Assembly (NCBI GenBank): GCA_017417045.1
Contig: JAFPZZ010000004.1
Coordinates: 3,030 to 67,029 of the forward strand
Reading direction: 5' to 3'
Source: Bacillota bacterium
Lineage (GTDB): Bacteria > Bacillota > Clostridia > Peptostreptococcales > Anaerovoracaceae
DNA: 64,000 nt
Both the position numbers and the translations under genes were made by a program. The notes beneath the pieces were generated by a model that saw only the letters and a program-made list of their open reading frames with translations, was not told where the DNA came from and did not search any database. Positions 56,902 through 64,000 of the stretch are shown in pieces; positions within the stretch are counted from its first letter, which is position 1, and the number at the start of each line of letters is the position of its first letter.

Positions 56902-57792
56902 ATGGAACTCAGGACTCTGCAGTACTTCATAACGGTAGCCGAGGAGCTCAATATAACGAGGGCGGCGGAGAAGCTCCATATGAGCCAGCCGCCTCTCAGC
57001 GCCCAGATCAAGGGCCTCGAGGAGGAGCTCGACACCGTGCTGTTCATAAGAGGCAAGAGGCATCTGCAGCTGACGGATTCAGGCGAGCTCTTTTACAGGA
57101 GGGCCAAGGAGATCGTAAACCTCTCGGACAAGACCCGCTCTGAGATCCATTCCATGGGCGAGGGTATGAGGGGGACTATATCCATCGGACTCGTGGAGGG
57201 CATGGCTCCGGATATAGCCGCGGAATGGTTCGCGGGCTTCCTGGCTCTCTATCCCAACATACGTTTCAGGATACTCGACGGGAGCTCGGACGACCTGCTC
57301 GAAAAGCTAAGAGGCGGCATCATAAGCCTCGCCGTGATAACCTCACCCTGCGACAACGTTCTCCTTCACAGCTTCCGCGTGGGCGAGGAGAAGATAGCGG
57401 CCCTCATGAGCCGGGAGCATCCTCTCGCTTCGAGCGGAGAAGGGGAGATAGAGATCGCGGACCTCGAGGGCGAGAGCCTAATAGTTCCAAGCCGCAGGGC
57501 TACGATAGACATGATATACAGGTGGTTCACTTCCGCCGGCATAGAGCCGAGGATAGTCTGCGAGATGGACAGCTACCTCGACGCGGCCGCGCTGGCGGGC
57601 AGGGGCGTGGGCATAAGCATCTATCCGAGGACGGCCTATATACCGAACGATTCCCTAGTATTCAGGGAGATCGCGGGCGGCGACAAAAAAATGGAGTACC
57701 TCTTCGTATGGCGCAAGGGCCACAGGCTGCCCACGATAGAGGAAAAATTCATAGATTTCGTAAAGGAGAAGACAGCCCCTCAGCAGCGGTAA
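56902..57792 (+). CDS. LysR-family transcriptional regulator
   Basis: MELRTLQYFITVAEELNITRAAEKLHMSQPPLSAQIKGLEEEL is a canonical LysR wHTH. Confidence 0.85.
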   Translation: MELRTLQYFITVAEELNITRAAEKLHMSQPPLSAQIKGLEEELDTVLFIRGKRHLQLTDSGELFYRRAKEIVNLSDKTRSEIHSMGEGMRGTISIGLVEGMAPDIAAEWFAGFLALYPNIRFRILDGSSDDLLEKLRGGIISLAVITSPCDNVLLHSFRVGEEKIAALMSREHPLASSGEGEIEIADLEGESLIVPSRRATIDMIYRWFTSAGIEPRIVCEMDSYLDAAALAGRGVGISIYPRTAYIPNDSLVFREIAGGDKKMEYLFVWRKGHRLPTIEEKFIDFVKEKTAPQQR

Positions 57793-57872
57793 GACCGGAT
57801 ACCGGAGCCCGCGCCTGATGACCGGGGCGGCTTTGCACCGGCTGATCCTTCCCTAAAGAATAAGGCAAACGA

Positions 57873-57903
57873 AAGGCTTTCCCTGAACGGGGGAGCCTTT
57901 TTG
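57873..57903 (+). terminator. intrinsic terminator after the LysR gene
   Basis: AGGCTTTCCC-TGAAC-GGGGGAGCCT followed by TTTTT. Confidence 0.65.
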
Positions 57904-58070
57904 TGTTTGTTATATGCGGACAAGCGTGCGCATTTACCATACTTTCGGCGTATGGTAGCCACAAGCTTATACGTATTTCATTTCAAAAGAGCTTTGCGGT
58001 ATTGTTGAAATATGTTTTTTCAAAAGGGCGCCGCTTTTGCCGGGCGCCCCATAACGGAAAGGAGATCGCC

Positions 58071-60161
<2,091 letters not shown>

Positions 60162-60171
60162 GAGGCCAAGC

Positions 60172-61758
60172 ATGTGTACCGTGATGTGTACTACCGGCGG
60201 ACAGATCGGTATTGACGAATTCAAAAGAGCCTTCGCCCTCACCAAGCACAGGGGGCCCGACGATACCAGGGTGGTCCCTACGGGCAGGGGAATAATGGGC
60301 TTTCACAGGCTTTCGATAATGGATCTCACTTCTGACGGGATGCAGCCCTTCGACCTTAAGGGAAGCAGGGTCATCTGCAACGGCGAGATCTACGACTTCA
60401 AACCCCTCAGGGAGGATCTTAAGTCCAGGGGCTACAGCTTTTATTCGGGCTCTGACTGCGAGATACTCCTTCCGATGTATTTCGAGTATGGGACGGATAT
60501 GTTCGCCATGCTCGACGCCGAATTCGCCTGCGTCATCTACGACGGGATGAGCGGCGAGTTCATCGCGGCGAGGGATCCCATAGGGATAAGACCTCTCTAC
60601 TACGGCTTTGATAAAGCGGGAGATATAGTATTCTCGAGCGAACCGGCCAGTCTGCTGGGAATCTGCGAAGATATAGAGCCTTTCCCTCCCGGGCATTACT
60701 GGAAAGGCGGGGAGTTCCATCTTTACCGCGATATGACTGCCGCGGATGAGGTGGTCGGCGGGGATCTGGACGAGATCTGCCGCGGCATAAACGAGAGGCT
60801 GACGGACGGGGTCAGAAAGAGGCTCGTGGCCGACGCCAAGGTGGGCTTTCTGCTCTCCGGCGGCCTCGATTCCTCGCTAGTGTGCTCCATCGCGGCCAGG
60901 GAGAGCGGCGAGAAGATCAGGACCTTCGCCATAGGCATGGACATAGACGCCATAGACCTGGGCTACGCCAGGAAGGCAGCCGAGTTCATAGGCAGCGAGC
61001 ATACCGAGGTCATCATAAGCAGGGACGACGTCATAGCGGCGCTGGAGCCCGTGGTGAGGCTGCTCGCGACCTACGATATCACGACCATAAGGGCCTCGAT
61101 AGGCATGTACCTGCTCTGCAGGGCCATAAGGGACAACACCGACATAACTGTCATACTCACCGGGGAGATATCCGACGAGCTCTTCGGCTACAAGTACACG
61201 GACTTCGCCCCTTCCGCGGAGGCCTTCCAGGAGGAGGCCGAAAAGCGTATAAGGGAGCTGCACATGTACGACGTGCTCAGGGCCGACCGCTGCATCTCGG
61301 GCTGCGGGATGGAGGGCAGGGTGCCCTTCGGAGACCTCGAATTCGTGCGCTACGTCATGTCTATAGACCCAGCCCTCAAGCTCAACACCTATGGCAAGGG
61401 CAAGTACCTGCTCAGGAAGGCCTTCGAGGGCGACTATCTACCGGACGAGATACTCTGGAGGGAAAAGGCCGCCTTCTCCGACGCCGTCGGGCATTCCCTC
61501 GTGAACGACCTGAAGGAATACGCGGAAGGCTTATACACCGACGCCGAATTCGAGGAGAGGCGCATGCGCTACGATCACGCTCGCCCCTTTACCAAGGAAT
61601 CTCTGCTCTACAGGGAGATATTCGAGAAGTACTATCCCAGGCAGTCCGGTATGATAGCGGATTTCTGGATGCCCAACAGGTCCTGGGAGGGCTGCGACGT
61701 GGACGACCCTTCTGCGAGGGTGCTCTCCAACTACGGCGACAGCGGAAAGCCCGTTTAG
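60172..61758 (+). CDS. asnB: asparagine synthase (glutamine-hydrolysing)
   Basis: N-terminal Met-Cys, HRGPD, SGGLDSS PP-loop. GGAGG lies 7 nt upstream. Confidence 0.9.
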   Translation: MCTVMCTTGGQIGIDEFKRAFALTKHRGPDDTRVVPTGRGIMGFHRLSIMDLTSDGMQPFDLKGSRVICNGEIYDFKPLREDLKSRGYSFYSGSDCEILLPMYFEYGTDMFAMLDAEFACVIYDGMSGEFIAARDPIGIRPLYYGFDKAGDIVFSSEPASLLGICEDIEPFPPGHYWKGGEFHLYRDMTAADEVVGGDLDEICRGINERLTDGVRKRLVADAKVGFLLSGGLDSSLVCSIAARESGEKIRTFAIGMDIDAIDLGYARKAAEFIGSEHTEVIISRDDVIAALEPVVRLLATYDITTIRASIGMYLLCRAIRDNTDITVILTGEISDELFGYKYTDFAPSAEAFQEEAEKRIRELHMYDVLRADRCISGCGMEGRVPFGDLEFVRYVMSIDPALKLNTYGKGKYLLRKAFEGDYLPDEILWREKAAFSDAVGHSLVNDLKEYAEGLYTDAEFEERRMRYDHARPFTKESLLYREIFEKYYPRQSGMIADFWMPNRSWEGCDVDDPSARVLSNYGDSGKPV

Positions 61759-61825
61759 GACCATAGATATACCGGCCCGGAAGCCGGGGCGGCCTGAAGG
61801 CCATGCTCCCCGACCCGGGCCTTGA

Positions 61826-63534
<1,709 letters not shown>

Positions 63535-63535
<1 letters not shown>

Positions 63536-64000
63536 TGTGCGGAATAGTAGGTTTTACGGGAAAACAGCAGGCGGCGCCTGTGCTTTTGGACAGCCTTTCG
63601 AGGCTTGAGTACCGCGGCTATGATTCCGCGGGACTGGCTGTTAGGAACGAAGACAGACCGATAGAGCTGGTCAAGGCCACGGGCAGGCTGAAGAATCTGT
63701 ATAACATGACGGACGGAGGCGCACTGCTTACGGGATGCTGCGGCATAGGACACACCAGGTGGGCGACCCACGGGGAACCGACTCAGACCAACGCCCATCC
63801 CCACGTCAGCGGCCTTGAGACCGGCGTGACCGCCGGGCCCGTCGATTCGGACGTCGTAGGCGTCCACAACGGCATCATAGAAAACTACGAGGAGCTCAGG
63901 GACAAACTGCTCCGCCACGGCTACAGCTTTTACAGCTCGACCGACACGGAGATAGTCATAAAGCTCGTCGATTACTATCTCAAGAAATACAAGATCGGCC
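63535..64000 (+). CDS. glmS: glutamine--fructose-6-phosphate aminotransferase, 5' part (runs off the window)
   Basis: MCGIVGFTGKQQAAPVLLDSLSRLEYRGYDSAGLAV..GIGHTRWATHG. Its ATG overlaps the pyrG TAA (TAATG). Not in the ORF track because no stop lies within the window. Confidence 0.9.

Noticed and set aside
57905-57925. TGTTATATGCGGACA upstream of glnN as a GlnR/TnrA box.
   Set aside because: It does not fit the 17-bp TGTNA-N7-TNACA consensus: the spacing is 15 bp and the right half-site is wrong.

Overview
This is a 64-kb chromosomal segment from a moderately GC-rich Gram-positive anaerobe. Most genes look roughly 55-62% GC by eye. It is probably a Clostridia-class Firmicute; I infer this from an SLH-anchored surface protein, YlmH, DUF1836/DUF3048 proteins, a type III glutamine synthetase and BspA-type LRR debris. 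All protein families were assigned from motifs I recognise in the translations; no searches were run. I call about 50 protein genes. Left to right they are: a decayed conjugative-element remnant (1-2481); a dual-HTH regulator divergent from a 1351-aa SLH surface protein; a 1.1-kb patchwork of unrelated gene fragments (8976-10135); assorted membrane and metabolic genes (acyltransferase, AEC transporter, CPBP protease, MBL hydrolase, GNAT, a DUF1537 kinase plus dehydrogenase pair, FAH hydrolase); an oversized Opp/Dpp-type ABC importer; a translationally coupled three-gene cassette with two radical-SAM enzymes; LysM, DUF3048, SGNH, DUF1836, amidase and M20 genes; a frameshifted glgB; an aldolase, 2-hydroxyacid dehydrogenase and HD trio; a GT2 synthase with a coupled membrane partner; a peptidase and carrier cluster; nudC-mntP; ylmH preceded by an EF-G/TetM-like GTPase fused to a Rae1/YacP NYN RNase; purA-purB; and a LysR, glnN(GSIII), asnB, pyrG, glmS run in which pyrG carries an in-frame TAG. 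I saw no rRNA, tRNA, CRISPR array or intact mobile element. The most interesting candidates are the GTPase-NYN fusion with ylmH (a possible ribosome-surveillance module) and the uncharacterised radical-SAM cassette. A recurring oddity is degenerate tandem duplication of the 3' ends of genes, stop codon included, at several loci.
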